A program made the translations under genes and the position numbers. From UHGV virus genome UHGV-1351408: a DNA stretch of 64,000 nt; one strand, written 5' to 3'. Source of the DNA: a virus. Below the pieces are notes generated by a model. The model ran no database searches, was not told the DNA's origin, and saw nothing but the letters and a program-made list of their open reading frames with translations. Position 1 is the stretch's first letter, and every line of letters starts with the position of its first letter. Positions 27,298 to 37,275 of this stretch are shown in pieces.

Positions 27298-28155
27298 TTA
27301 GTCTTCTGTATCGAAGTCTTCATCTTCTTCGTCATCTGGGTCTGGCAAGTCTTCATCGTCGCCGTCATCGGAATTATTCGAAGGTTTGTGGTCTGTTGCG
27401 TCTTCTTCAGTGATTTCACCATTATCTTCAACGCCATCAAGACCAAGCATAGCCAGTTCGTCTTCATCCAGTTCAGGTTCACCGTTAGCACCGTTACCAC
27501 CAGTGTAGGGTACAAGAGTATCAATGATAAACTGTTCCTGAATAGGCTTTGTCAGAACATTGTTCTCAAAAGTGTAGAAGTGAGTAGAAAGAATCACACT
27601 ACCAAAAGAACCGTTACCAACTGCAATGTCTGGATGAATTACATCATAGTTCTTGTCATCTTCATGTTTGTCAGATGCTTGAGCTTTGATTTTCTTCATC
27701 GGCTGTTTAACAGCTACACGCTTACCATTTACTTCTTCAATCAGCATTACAGGGAATGACTGTTTAGCTGTCCACACAGCACCATCTTTATAAGCTGCTG
27801 CACGACTTACTTTCAAGATGTAGTAAGTGTCTGCTTCAAATGGTGGTTTGCAACCAAACTTCTCTTCGAAGTCATCTGCATCAACCGCTTCAGTAGTAAC
27901 TTTATCCCAACCTTCTGGGTTTTTCTTAGACTTAGTGAACTCTTTAAACAGCTTGTTACCATCTTCTGCCAGAATTGAAACACTGTAGTTACAGTCTTTG
28001 CCTGGGAATTTCTTATCAATAGATTTACCTTTCCCCGGACGTGGTGAAGTGTTCAGGTAATAAAACCAGACATCTTTCAGCAGGTAACGCAAAGTTTGAC
28101 GTTCAGTACCGTTGTACTTCTCTACCGGAGCTTTCATTTTAACAACTTTAGACAT
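27298..28155 (-). CDS. Single-stranded DNA-binding protein (T7 gp2.5-like) with acidic C-terminal tail
   Basis: Acidic C-terminus DDGDDEDLPDPDDEEDEDFDTED, characteristic of gp2.5-type SSBs; sits next to the primase-helicase gene. Confidence 0.5.
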   Translation of the reverse strand: MSKVVKMKAPVEKYNGTERQTLRYLLKDVWFYYLNTSPRPGKGKSIDKKFPGKDCNYSVSILAEDGNKLFKEFTKSKKNPEGWDKVTTEAVDADDFEEKFGCKPPFEADTYYILKVSRAAAYKDGAVWTAKQSFPVMLIEEVNGKRVAVKQPMKKIKAQASDKHEDDKNYDVIHPDIAVGNGSFGSVILSTHFYTFENNVLTKPIQEQFIIDTLVPYTGGNGANGEPELDEDELAMLGLDGVEDNGEITEEDATDHKPSNNSDDGDDEDLPDPDDEEDEDFDTED

Positions 28156-28227
28156 TATTTAAACCTCTATCTCAATTTATGAAGAGTACCAATTCTAATT
28201 TGTTGATACTCTATTGTCAAACATTAA

Positions 28228-28377
28228 TTACTGGAAGTTGTGCTTATCTTTAGAAGCTGCTTTACGTGCAGTTTTTCCAGTTCTTACACGCTTCTCTTCA
28301 TAGTATTTCGCTGGTTTGCCAGCAGTGGCTTTTAAGGAATCCCCAAAAACTTTTTCAAATGCTTTAGAGTGTTTCAT
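28228..28377 (-). CDS. Unlisted small lysine-rich basic protein (49 aa)
   Basis: ORF below the track cutoff: MKHSKAFEKVFGDSLKATAGKPAKYYEEKRVRTGKTARKAASKDKHNFQ; ATGA overlap with the upstream gene. Confidence 0.3.
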   Translation of the reverse strand: MKHSKAFEKVFGDSLKATAGKPAKYYEEKRVRTGKTARKAASKDKHNFQ

Positions 28378-28667
28378 GATATTCTCCGATATACTTGATA
28401 TTCAAACACATTTTCTTTAATCATAAACAGCCAACCAATATTATGTCGAGGTATAGTAATAGTGACTGTTATCATACTGTGATGGAACTTTTCTTCTACC
28501 TCAACGCCTCCATCACATTTCATGTAGAGCATTCTATAGAACCTATCAACCTTTGTCAAACACTCTTCCTGAAATTCATTTAAACTTTTTTCTTCAAAGA
28601 AGGGTATGAACCCCTCTCTTTTATAACTATCACTCAGTTTCAAACGGGCAGTCATCTGCATCCTCAC
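28374..28667 (-). CDS. Hypothetical protein (97 aa)
   Basis: ORF directly downstream of the primase-helicase gene. Confidence 0.4.
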   Translation of the reverse strand: MRMQMTARLKLSDSYKREGFIPFFEEKSLNEFQEECLTKVDRFYRMLYMKCDGGVEVEEKFHHSMITVTITIPRHNIGWLFMIKENVFEYQVYRRIS

Positions 28668-30615
28668 TTAATACAGGTGGAATCGTTGAGCTTTGACGCT
28701 GTTCTTCAGTATAGACTTCACCAGTCTCACGGTCAAACACTTCATCTTCATAATGAGGTAGAGAGTCATCATAATGGTCTTCAGCTTCACCAATACCAAA
28801 CTGTTGACGAATATTTTCTGCTGCACCATCAATGTCAACACCACATCCAGAAGCTTTGATAAGACGTCCTGTGTCTGGATTGTACCAAGTATGACCAGCA
28901 ATACCTGTTGACTTACCATGACGACGACACTTAGTTAACTTGATTTTTGTCAAGTTTTTCTTAACAGGGTCTGGGTCAACCTTGTTACGCATTAACAGAA
29001 TATTGTTCATGGAAATCTGGAAATACGCACCAGAACCTTTAATGTCCTCTTCAGAGATATCTCCACCTTCAGAGTTAGCTTTCTGACCACCTGCACTCTT
29101 ACGAACGTGACAGACGTTTACCTGTGCATACTGGTAGCGTTTGCAGCGACGTAATAGCTCAGACAAAACTTCCTCTTCATCTGTATCTGAACGTGACAGA
29201 GCCAACGTAATAGGGTCAAGAATGATAATCTTACAGTCTAAACTATTAACAAGATAGTCAACAAACTCCAGCAGGTTATCTTGGTCAATTGCCCCTTGAT
29301 GGTCAACGATATGGATGCGACGACCTTTTGAAAGCTCGGCGTGTGCTCCCTTTAATTCATCCCAATCTCGTTCATCATAGGGAATCTCAGAAATCTGCTT
29401 GCTTAGGTGGATTGCACAGAGCATCTCCATCAACTCTTCATAGGTATCTTCTACAGGAATTACACCGATATTATAATCAGTTTCTTTCCAAGCTGAATAA
29501 ATCATCTCACGAGTGTAAGCTGATTTACCTACTGAAGATGGGGCTGCAATAGTCGTAATCTCACCTAAACCGTAACCACCATAAGTCAGTCTGTTCAAAT
29601 CCCCGAAAGATTCTGGGAAAGGAATCAATGGAATCTGACCACGATTCTTCATTGCCTCAAAACCATCTGCAAAGTTCTTAATACCAGCAGGACAGTAACG
29701 AGGTGCATTGTAGATACGCTGCTTAAATCCTTCCAGAACTGTATCTTTTTCTTTATAGAACTTTGTCCACCACTCGTTAAGGTCTTTTACACCCTCTGGG
29801 TACTGGAATAAACGAACCTTCTCAATAGGTAGGATACCAGCAGCCTCTTTGGTAGCTTTAGCACCTGCTTCATCGTTATCAAAGCACAAGTAAATCTCAT
29901 CAAATGATGTGATGTACTGATAGTTGTCTTTGATAGACTTAATGTTTGCACCTGATGGGACAGATACGTGACAGTAATTCTTACGACGAGACTTGTCCTT
30001 AATCGCAAGAGAAGTCATATAGATTGCTGTCGCACATTCCATCTCACCTTCCCAGATGAATAGACGGTTACCACCTTCTGGAGCAATCCATGAACCGAAC
30101 ATTGCCAGTTCACCTTTAATGTCTCCAACACCACCTGAAAAGTCTTTTAACTTACCACGTAGGTGTTCTTTTGGATGGTCTTCTGGGTAACGGTGACGAA
30201 CACGGTAGCCAACATGTTCTAGCTTACCATCTTCATTACGTTTGTAAGTCGGATAGAAATGTGCATCAATTTCACCGTCACTGTCAATGTCAACCTTGAT
30301 ACCTAGACGTTCAAGAACTTTTGCAGGAATCTTCCTGTCTTTCAAGTCCATTGCTTCTAGGTTTTCTTTTACATCGTCTAAATCCATTCCACGGAAAGTA
30401 CGGTTTTTGTTATCTGAACCAGTAGAATAAGTGCTCACGATTTGTCCTTTATCAAAATCCCACTCTGGGAAACCTTTGTTACAGCTAAAGCAAGTCATCG
30501 AATAAGAATCATCGTCATGATGATAGATTGAACCAGCATCTGATGAACCACAACGTGGACATGCACAATGACCAATAAACTGACCAGCCTCTTTCAATTT
30601 ACGACCTTTAGACAT
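28630..30615 (-). CDS. Bifunctional DNA primase/helicase (T7 gp4-like)
   Basis: N-terminal zinc finger CPRCGS ... CFSCNKGF; Walker A AAPSSVGKSAYT in the helicase domain; track ORF begins at a GTG, first ATG at 30615. Confidence 0.85.
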   Translation of the reverse strand: MSKGRKLKEAGQFIGHCACPRCGSSDAGSIYHHDDDSYSMTCFSCNKGFPEWDFDKGQIVSTYSTGSDNKNRTFRGMDLDDVKENLEAMDLKDRKIPAKVLERLGIKVDIDSDGEIDAHFYPTYKRNEDGKLEHVGYRVRHRYPEDHPKEHLRGKLKDFSGGVGDIKGELAMFGSWIAPEGGNRLFIWEGEMECATAIYMTSLAIKDKSRRKNYCHVSVPSGANIKSIKDNYQYITSFDEIYLCFDNDEAGAKATKEAAGILPIEKVRLFQYPEGVKDLNEWWTKFYKEKDTVLEGFKQRIYNAPRYCPAGIKNFADGFEAMKNRGQIPLIPFPESFGDLNRLTYGGYGLGEITTIAAPSSVGKSAYTREMIYSAWKETDYNIGVIPVEDTYEELMEMLCAIHLSKQISEIPYDERDWDELKGAHAELSKGRRIHIVDHQGAIDQDNLLEFVDYLVNSLDCKIIILDPITLALSRSDTDEEEVLSELLRRCKRYQYAQVNVCHVRKSAGGQKANSEGGDISEEDIKGSGAYFQISMNNILLMRNKVDPDPVKKNLTKIKLTKCRRHGKSTGIAGHTWYNPDTGRLIKASGCGVDIDGAAENIRQQFGIGEAEDHYDDSLPHYEDEVFDRETGEVYTEEQRQSSTIPPVLSEDADDCPFETE

Positions 30616-30808
30616 TAGCACCTCTTCGTTGTAGTTCTGCCTTCAATCCATTTTCAATCTTGTCCAGTTCATGAATCTCATCTGCAATCTCTTTCCTTCG
30701 TGATTCAACTCTCTTAAGACGTTCAATCATTACCTCATTGGAAAGAGATGAGAGTTCCACTAAACGGTGGTCAATAACTTTAAAATTGTCTTTTACTCTC
30801 ATCTTCAT
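30608..30808 (-). CDS. Small coiled-coil protein (66 aa)
   Basis: ORF with charged, helix-prone sequence. Confidence 0.4.
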   Translation of the reverse strand: MKMRVKDNFKVIDHRLVELSSLSNEVMIERLKRVESRRKEIADEIHELDKIENGLKAELQRRGANV

Positions 30809-30816
30809 TCTCTCTT

Positions 30817-31560
30817 TTAAATCTTCAGGATAGCTCTTAGCTTGCTCTCAAGGTCTGCAAGAGTACCATTATTATGAATAATGTCACGCTCATATTTTGT
30901 AGAAATACCATTTTCTGAAACATGTGATGAAACTTTGTCCACATTGTCTCTTTTTACTTCAATGGTTTGGTGTGCAAATCTACTCAGCCACTCAGCTTCA
31001 GAGTCAAATCTTAAATCACTGATTAAAACAACACCTTCTTGATTTCTAAGTGAGCAAACATCAAAGAAATTTACCATTCGTTTTTCGAGGTCTTTAGCCC
31101 AGAACTTGTCACCCAGAACTTTACGGATAACTTCAGTGCCCCAAATCTGTTGAATTTGTCTTGATGAGAATTTATACTTTTTACTAAATCCCAGACGTGT
31201 TAATAGAGTCGGTTTAGCAACCTTCTTCAGTTCCATAATTAATCGTCCGGTTAACTCTGACATGAGTTTGAAGTCCGTATGATAACGTTCACCTCTGAAG
31301 GTAAACTCCATAGCTTCTGTGACCTTGAACATCAGTTCAGAGTATGATAAATCAAAAACCTGTGGAGTCTCTTTAGTTTCACCGTACAGGTCATTCCAAG
31401 TTAAGTCAAATATCCTTGATGCAGAGAGTTTAAGGTTGTCTGCATAGGCCATTACTGCAACATTGTAGCCATACTCATCTTCTAGGATATTCTTCACAAT
31501 AGAACATGAGGTGTCTTTTCCAGAACGTGCCTTTCCAGTAAATGCGATAATATTACTCAT
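30817..31560 (-). CDS. Deoxynucleoside monophosphate kinase-like P-loop kinase
   Basis: N-terminal P-loop FTGKARSGKDT, matching the T4 gp1-type GxxRSGKDT signature. Confidence 0.6.
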   Translation of the reverse strand: MSNIIAFTGKARSGKDTSCSIVKNILEDEYGYNVAVMAYADNLKLSASRIFDLTWNDLYGETKETPQVFDLSYSELMFKVTEAMEFTFRGERYHTDFKLMSELTGRLIMELKKVAKPTLLTRLGFSKKYKFSSRQIQQIWGTEVIRKVLGDKFWAKDLEKRMVNFFDVCSLRNQEGVVLISDLRFDSEAEWLSRFAHQTIEVKRDNVDKVSSHVSENGISTKYERDIIHNNGTLADLESKLRAILKI

Positions 31561-31621
31561 TCTATCTCCCTTAATTACTAAAAAGCCCCCAACTAAGGAG
31601 GCTTGTAAGATTTATAAATGC

Positions 31622-32434
31622 TTAGTGAAGTTGTTCACTAGTAATTTGTGAGTGCTCTTTTTCAGCCATAGCTGAGACTTGCTTCACAAAATCGTCACCA
31701 AAGTGAATGCGAAGCTTCTCTTCAATGATTGAAGCACCAATGTTTACCAAAACATCATTGATTGCTTGCATACTGACACCACCAGTCATCTCCTCAACGA
31801 ACTCAATGGTTACACCCAACATCTGAGCAAGTTGGATTAGTGCAACGATATTCATCATTGTAGAAATAGCTGGAATCATCAGAGCGACCTTCACCTGTAG
31901 TGGTTCTACATCAGCTACAGAATCATCTTTCACAGCTTCTGCTAAAGACTCTTTAGTTTGCTGGATAATCTCTCTGATTCGTGGGGTTAACTCTTCTACA
32001 CCCCAATCAAACTTTTCATATCGTGAAAGCTTCTCTTCCATGCGCTTCTCAAGAGCAGCCATAACAGCACTTGTTGATGCAATGATTGTATCAATAAGGG
32101 AATCATTATCCTGAGTCAGCAACAGTTCTTTATTTTCGTCTGACATCCTGATATAGTCATTCTTTTGCATTTCATAAAAAATGAACTCAGCAAGTGCGTC
32201 AACACCAACAGCGATAGATGCCAGAGCTAGTGGAGTGTCTGTCAACATCATGTTAACCTGTTCTGCAAAAGCACCGTTATCAGACTTGTCTTTAGGCAAG
32301 TTATAGCTTGCAGGCATAAACCGTTCTGTGTAGTTGTTTCCACGAAGAATCATAGCCATGCTTTCTACGGCATTGATTAAGAATGCTTCGTCAATACCTT
32401 TTTCTTTAAGCATTTGGTCTACAGTAGTATTCAT
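31622..32434 (-). CDS. Hypothetical protein (270 aa)
   Basis: ORF with ATG start. Confidence 0.5.
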   Translation of the reverse strand: MNTTVDQMLKEKGIDEAFLINAVESMAMILRGNNYTERFMPASYNLPKDKSDNGAFAEQVNMMLTDTPLALASIAVGVDALAEFIFYEMQKNDYIRMSDENKELLLTQDNDSLIDTIIASTSAVMAALEKRMEEKLSRYEKFDWGVEELTPRIREIIQQTKESLAEAVKDDSVADVEPLQVKVALMIPAISTMMNIVALIQLAQMLGVTIEFVEEMTGGVSMQAINDVLVNIGASIIEEKLRIHFGDDFVKQVSAMAEKEHSQITSEQLH

Positions 32435-32435
32435 A

Positions 32436-32858
32436 TTATTTCTCTCTCAGTTGGTTAAGTTTCTTTCTAGAGCATTTTAAGTTTTCTGATGAAGAAAAGT
32501 CAAGTGTCTTTTCAGAACGTGGATAGTAATGTCTATCCCAAGAAGTTTCAACATCGTTAATCAGTGACGCTAGATTACACAGGTCTGTACCACTTTGCAA
32601 CCTCTTTTTAAGAGAATCTAGTAAAGCAACTGTGTCTTTAGCTTTACGTCTCGCTGTAGCAACATCTTTCATATGCTCAAATACAGAGCATTTTAAGTCA
32701 TCTTCATAGTTTTCAGACAACTCTATTTCATGTTGTATATCAACCATTCTCCTGTGATGGTGAGCATATTCCCGTTGAGCAGCAATGTCAAGTTCTTCCA
32801 ACTTCTGCAAAGCCCTAACAAAGTCAGCTATGTCTGGGTGAACAAACATTTTCTGCAT
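32436..32858 (-). CDS. Hypothetical protein (140 aa)
   Basis: First gene of the minus-strand block, next to the divergent intergenic region. Confidence 0.5.
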   Translation of the reverse strand: MQKMFVHPDIADFVRALQKLEELDIAAQREYAHHHRRMVDIQHEIELSENYEDDLKCSVFEHMKDVATARRKAKDTVALLDSLKKRLQSGTDLCNLASLINDVETSWDRHYYPRSEKTLDFSSSENLKCSRKKLNQLREK

Positions 32859-33115
32859 GTAAGCCTCTTTTAAGTAACTATTAAGTTTTAATCTTTTATC
32901 TTAACGTATTCTATACGTTATACTTTAAAGCTTTTTAAAAGCTATTAAATAATCTTTTAAGAGTTTTAAAGTATCTGTATAGTTAAACTGTTAAGTAACC
33001 TTTTAAGTAAAAACCCACTTCGCAAAGATTAACACCTTGTCAAGTACATTGTCAACTTGCTTTTTATAATTTTTTGCAGTAATGTATGAGGTTAATGATT
33101 TTAGAGGGAGTAAAA
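32859..33115. promoter_or_regulatory. Divergent AT-rich control region between the two early blocks
   Basis: Palindrome TAACGTAT-TCT-ATACGTTA (32902-32920); three CTTTTAAG copies (32867, 32953, 33000); TTGTCAA direct repeat (33038, 33049); TATAAT at 33066-33071. Confidence 0.5.
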
Positions 33116-35815
33116 ATGGAAAACGTAGATTTTAAAAACTTACATTTAGTTGGTGATACAGAAACTGATGGTTTACTCCTTGAGTTCACTAAAGTGCACG
33201 TAATGGCTTTCGCAGACTATAAATCTGACGATGAAGAGCCACCTGTATGGGTCTTTACAGATGAGCCTATCCTCGGTCACAAGTATACCAAGTACATTAA
33301 GGGTGGTTTGCGTGAAGGTATTGAGTTTGCGTTAAAGGCAAAACGACTTTGCATCCATAATGGTTTAGGGTATGACTGGTGGGTTTTCAATCACATTGCA
33401 CCTGATTTGTGGAACTTTGATAATCCAAAGTGTAAGCCGTGGAGTAATTTCTTTCAGGATTCTCTTATCCAGTCTCGTGTTCAGTGGATGGATAGACCAA
33501 CTCCAAAAGGCTATAAAGGTGCTCATGGCTTGGCAGCATGGGGTGCTCGTGTTGGTGTCCGTAAACCAGAGATTGAACATTGGGGTGTGTGGAATGCAGA
33601 AATCTTCACTCGTGTTGTGGAAGATATCCGTATTAACGCCAAAACTAAACGTGCATTGGATAATGAATATCTGAAGCTAAAGAAGTGTGGCATAGACACC
33701 TATGAAACCTACATGCGAGCTAAAGAAACATCTTTCTGGATGAGTCAACAAGCTATCAATGGTTGGAAAGCTGATAAAGAGCTTATGGAGTTCCATGTAA
33801 AGGAACTTGACAAATTGACTAATGAGCTTGCTTCAGAAGTTGAACCACATCTTCCTCCAACTATTAAGACCAAAGGTAAAGTCACTGGAGAAGAGTTTGC
33901 AAAAGCTTGGAATGAGTATGTTGAAGCATTTGGTCATGCAGATGGACTGAAGAGAATTACCAAGTACCCTAAGACAAAGTATCGTCAACAGGTACGTAAC
34001 GGTGAGATGCAGACATATGAAATCAAGCCATTTGGTAAGCCAACTACAAAGATTTTTAACATTGAAAAGAGAAATTGCTATACACCAACCAACTCTGTAA
34101 CTGGTGAAGAGTACAAGGAAGGTTTTGTAGCAATGAAGGATGCTCGTGCAATTTGCAATGAGTTGAACGCAAAGATTGGTAAGAAATGCAAAGACTGGAA
34201 GCCAGTAAAAACAGTTAAAACTGTGAAGTACTATAACAGTCATGTTGTTAACCACTTTGAACTTGAGTCAAGTCGCTACACAGGTTTGATTGATGCACCA
34301 TATACACCAATTGAGTTCGAAGTTTCTCGTATGACTCAGGTAGCAGTTGTTAAAGACTACTTGAAATCAGTTGGTTGGATTCCAGATGACTGGAACTACA
34401 AGAAAGATTCAGATGGTCGTCCTGTTAAGGTTTGTCGCTTCAAAGACAACAAAAAGATGATTACAAAGCATCCTAAATGGCAGGAGATGGTTGAACGGTG
34501 CGGCTTGAGTTATGTTGAACATGAAGGTGTCCAGTACATTGAACATAACTGGTCTGTGAAGAAGTACACAGATTTGCTTGAACCTTGTTTAATCCGTACT
34601 TCACCAAAACTTACTGAATCATCTTATGATACGATTGAAGGTGAGCTTGGACAGAAGATTGCTAAGTACTATACTTTGATGCACCGACGCAGAACTATTG
34701 AGAACTCAAAGGATGATGAAAAAGGTTGGTTGAACCAGATTCGTCCAGATGGTCGCCTTAGTGCTGGCGCAATGGTGTTTGGTACTTCAACTGGACGTAT
34801 GACACAATATGGTATTGTAAACGTACCGTCTGGTGCTGCTGTCTATGGGGAACCAATGAGGGCAGTGTGGATTTGTGAAGAAGGTACTAACGTTGTCTCT
34901 GTAGACATGAACTCAGCCCAGCTAGTTCTTCTTTGCAACTTTATGGGTGACAAAGACTTCACCAAAGCGGTAACGCAAGGTAAAGAAGAGATTGAGTTTA
35001 TTCGTCAAGAAGATGGACGCTATTACTGCAAACACTTTGATGAGTACCTCAACCCAGAGATTGATAAGTACCTGCGCTATGACTCTGAGAATGACCTGTA
35101 CGTTGTCTATTCAGGGACTGATGCACATACACTGAACAGTATTTACTTTAGCTTGAATGATGAGCAGGATATCTTGACTTGTCGTGCAACGCAGGATGAG
35201 AATCTTCTTCATGAGATTAGTAAAGGTCGTAAGAAAGCTAAGAATGGTATCTATGCACTGCTGTTTGGTGCAGGTGATGAGAAGTTTGCTAAAACTATTA
35301 AGGCAGCCACTACTCAGGAAGGTGCATTAACTAAACAGACTTACTTTGTGCGTTTGCCAAAGATTAAGAAATTATTAGATAACTTGGAAGCTGACTACAA
35401 AGCAACTAAAAAGGCACTTGAAGAGGTGTTTGGTAAGACTGCTGCAATCTCTAAAGGGGGTTTTGTAAAGGTTGCTGGAGCTTGGTTGTGGTGTAAATCT
35501 CCACATAAGTTATTGAATTATTTGCTCATGGGTTCGGAGGCTCAGATTCAAAATGAGGCAATTAACCTGGCTTGTCGTCGTATGATTGACGAAGGCTTGA
35601 TGAAGTTGAATGGTCGTAAACCAGCTATTGGTGCTCGCTTACTCTGCGCATATCACGATGAAACGAGTTGGGAATGCCCAGAAAGTATGACGGCAGAGGT
35701 GAAAGCAGTCACTGACTGGTATTATGGGCAAGCTTCTAAGAACTTAGGTCTTAAGAAAGAAACACTTGTAACAGGTACTGGTAAGGTTGGTAAAAGCTGG
35801 CTTGAGGTTCACTAA
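33116..35815 (+). CDS. DNA polymerase, family A (T7-like), with 3'-5' exonuclease domain
   Basis: Exo I motif LVGDTETDGL; T7 gp5-like LCIHNGLGYDWWVF and AHGLAAWGARVG; ATG at 33116 with GAGGGAG upstream (track ORF starts at 33086). Confidence 0.9.
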   Translation: MENVDFKNLHLVGDTETDGLLLEFTKVHVMAFADYKSDDEEPPVWVFTDEPILGHKYTKYIKGGLREGIEFALKAKRLCIHNGLGYDWWVFNHIAPDLWNFDNPKCKPWSNFFQDSLIQSRVQWMDRPTPKGYKGAHGLAAWGARVGVRKPEIEHWGVWNAEIFTRVVEDIRINAKTKRALDNEYLKLKKCGIDTYETYMRAKETSFWMSQQAINGWKADKELMEFHVKELDKLTNELASEVEPHLPPTIKTKGKVTGEEFAKAWNEYVEAFGHADGLKRITKYPKTKYRQQVRNGEMQTYEIKPFGKPTTKIFNIEKRNCYTPTNSVTGEEYKEGFVAMKDARAICNELNAKIGKKCKDWKPVKTVKTVKYYNSHVVNHFELESSRYTGLIDAPYTPIEFEVSRMTQVAVVKDYLKSVGWIPDDWNYKKDSDGRPVKVCRFKDNKKMITKHPKWQEMVERCGLSYVEHEGVQYIEHNWSVKKYTDLLEPCLIRTSPKLTESSYDTIEGELGQKIAKYYTLMHRRRTIENSKDDEKGWLNQIRPDGRLSAGAMVFGTSTGRMTQYGIVNVPSGAAVYGEPMRAVWICEEGTNVVSVDMNSAQLVLLCNFMGDKDFTKAVTQGKEEIEFIRQEDGRYYCKHFDEYLNPEIDKYLRYDSENDLYVVYSGTDAHTLNSIYFSLNDEQDILTCRATQDENLLHEISKGRKKAKNGIYALLFGAGDEKFAKTIKAATTQEGALTKQTYFVRLPKIKKLLDNLEADYKATKKALEEVFGKTAAISKGGFVKVAGAWLWCKSPHKLLNYLLMGSEAQIQNEAINLACRRMIDEGLMKLNGRKPAIGARLLCAYHDETSWECPESMTAEVKAVTDWYYGQASKNLGLKKETLVTGTGKVGKSWLEVH

Positions 35816-35876
35816 TTAGTGTTGACAAGGTGCTCAGGGAAGAGTACCTTATACTGTATCTTGTATAGGAGGGCTT

Positions 35877-36086
35877 ATGAGCCACCGTGGAAGAACCCAT
35901 GCAGCGATGATGAAAGGTGCTTCAAAGGAAACTATCAAGAACCGTAAGCAGAAGTTGTTTGAGAGAATGAACAGGTTGATTGACAATTCATCTCTTTCAG
36001 GTTCTGAGAAGGTTTTCTTGAAAGGTAATCTGAAAAGCATTGCACAAGAACTTATTGACATTGAGTATTGGAGACACCAAAAATGA
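35877..36086 (+). CDS. Hypothetical early protein (69 aa)
   Basis: GGAGGG RBS; ATGA overlap with the next gene. Confidence 0.45.
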   Translation: MSHRGRTHAAMMKGASKETIKNRKQKLFERMNRLIDNSSLSGSEKVFLKGNLKSIAQELIDIEYWRHQK

Positions 36087-36295
36087 CACTTGCAGACGTT
36101 ATTCAGCAACTTCACGACAATTGCTATACTCCAGAGTTGATTCAGGAGATGCTTATTGTAGTGATGCCTAGTAAGTTCGTAAAAGGTTTTAATAGTGAAT
36201 CTTTAAAGTCTGCACATATCCTTATTGTTGACGGTAAGATTGCAAGAGACCGCACAGGAGTCCTTAAAGGTGAACGTATTAGTATTAACCTCTGA
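36083..36295 (+). CDS. Hypothetical early protein (70 aa)
   Basis: ATG at 36083 with GGAGA 8 nt upstream (track ORF begins at a TTG, 36068). Confidence 0.45.
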   Translation: MTLADVIQQLHDNCYTPELIQEMLIVVMPSKFVKGFNSESLKSAHILIVDGKIARDRTGVLKGERISINL

Positions 36296-36312
36296 ATATT
36301 GTGGATACCAAA

Positions 36313-36468
36313 ATGAAACGTAAAGTAAAATTCTTCAGTTTATATGGAAGAGTCGGTAAAGGTTTTGATTGGCAACTTCTACGTTCAGATGTTAAAAGCA
36401 ATGAGTTAGCACAGCTCATCATAAACTACAGACGAACGTACAGAGAGGTAGAACATCGTGAACAGTAA
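36313..36468 (+). CDS. Unlisted small ORF (51 aa)
   Basis: ATG..TAA; fills the gap between neighbouring genes; weak RBS. Confidence 0.25.
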   Translation: MKRKVKFFSLYGRVGKGFDWQLLRSDVKSNELAQLIINYRRTYREVEHREQ

Positions 36469-36712
36469 AATTGAAAAGTCTGATGAAGTTATCAGAAGCA
36501 AAGACAAAGCTACAGCCCTAATCGCTGACGCTTGGAGCAGAGGCTTAGATTACGAATGGTATCTTAGTGTATGTCAAGAGTTATCAGTCTCCCCAGTATC
36601 AAAAGAAACTTTCGATAAACTCTACGCAGTTTGTCAAGAGGGATACAATGAAGCCATGCTTCAAAACTGCATGAGTTTAACCAACCCAAAAGCATCTGAC
36701 TTATTCTTTTAA
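36458..36712 (+). CDS. Hypothetical early protein (84 aa)
   Basis: GTG start with GAGGTAG upstream. Confidence 0.4.
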   Translation: MNSKIEKSDEVIRSKDKATALIADAWSRGLDYEWYLSVCQELSVSPVSKETFDKLYAVCQEGYNEAMLQNCMSLTNPKASDLFF

Positions 36713-36721
36713 GGTGAAGAT

Positions 36722-36928
36722 ATGCAAGTTCTAGTAAACTACATCTACTGTTATGATACTGTTCACTCCACTACAACGGTAGCCCAACGTAACCCAATCG
36801 TCCCACGGGAAGGTGAGTTGGTTAGAATCGAGGGTTGGACTTACACTGTGGAAAGCATCACCCATAAGTTTGATGTTGCTGGTGATGTTCAAGTTATTGA
36901 CGTAGAAATTGGTGGTAAGAGAAAATGA
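36722..36928 (+). CDS. Hypothetical early protein (68 aa)
   Basis: AAGGTGAAG RBS. Confidence 0.45.
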   Translation: MQVLVNYIYCYDTVHSTTTVAQRNPIVPREGELVRIEGWTYTVESITHKFDVAGDVQVIDVEIGGKRK

Positions 36929-37086
36929 AATCTAAGCAAACAATGACAGATGCAATCTTCACAGTACACAGTTTCGAAAGGTTGTGCATCAAAGATGCAA
37001 AGGATACCCCAAAATGCGTTGTGCATTTCATTAAAAGATGTAGCAACAGGTCTTATATGAAATCTGAAAAGGAAAGAGCAGAATGA
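36925..37086 (+). CDS. Unlisted small ORF (53 aa)
   Basis: ATGA overlaps at both ends link it translationally to its neighbours; RBS GGTAAGAG. Confidence 0.3.
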   Translation: MKSKQTMTDAIFTVHSFERLCIKDAKDTPKCVVHFIKRCSNRSYMKSEKERAE

Positions 37087-37274
37087 ATAAAGAAGGTAAG
37101 AATAAGAATGCTGTACTTACTCCTGATGGGAAGGTTCAATCCTTCATCCTGACAGTTGGTGGAAAACCTTTTCGTTGCCACTGCGGAGCAAACTGCTTTC
37201 ATAAACCGGATAAAAATGACTTAGAGCTTTACGCATGTAATGCTTGCAATACTTGGTATCACTCAGAGGAATAA
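37083..37274 (+). CDS. Small cysteine/histidine-rich (zinc-binding) protein
   Basis: CHC ... C ... H ... C ... CNAC pattern in 63 aa. Confidence 0.45.
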   Translation: MNKEGKNKNAVLTPDGKVQSFILTVGGKPFRCHCGANCFHKPDKNDLELYACNACNTWYHSEE

Positions 37275-37275
37275 A

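Noticed and set aside
27291-28019. Small alternate-frame ORFs (27291..27524, 27388..27759, 27813..28019)
   Set aside because: All lie inside the SSB gene in other frames or strands.
33833-34255. 140-aa minus-strand ORF (and 33365..33580, 33372..33674)
   Set aside because: Embedded in or antisense to the DNA polymerase gene; shadow ORFs.
35822-35856. TTGACA ... TATACT as a strong promoter
   Set aside because: Spacing between the hexamers is ~23 nt, too long; only a weaker TTGACA-17-TACCTT alternative fits, so not listed as a feature.
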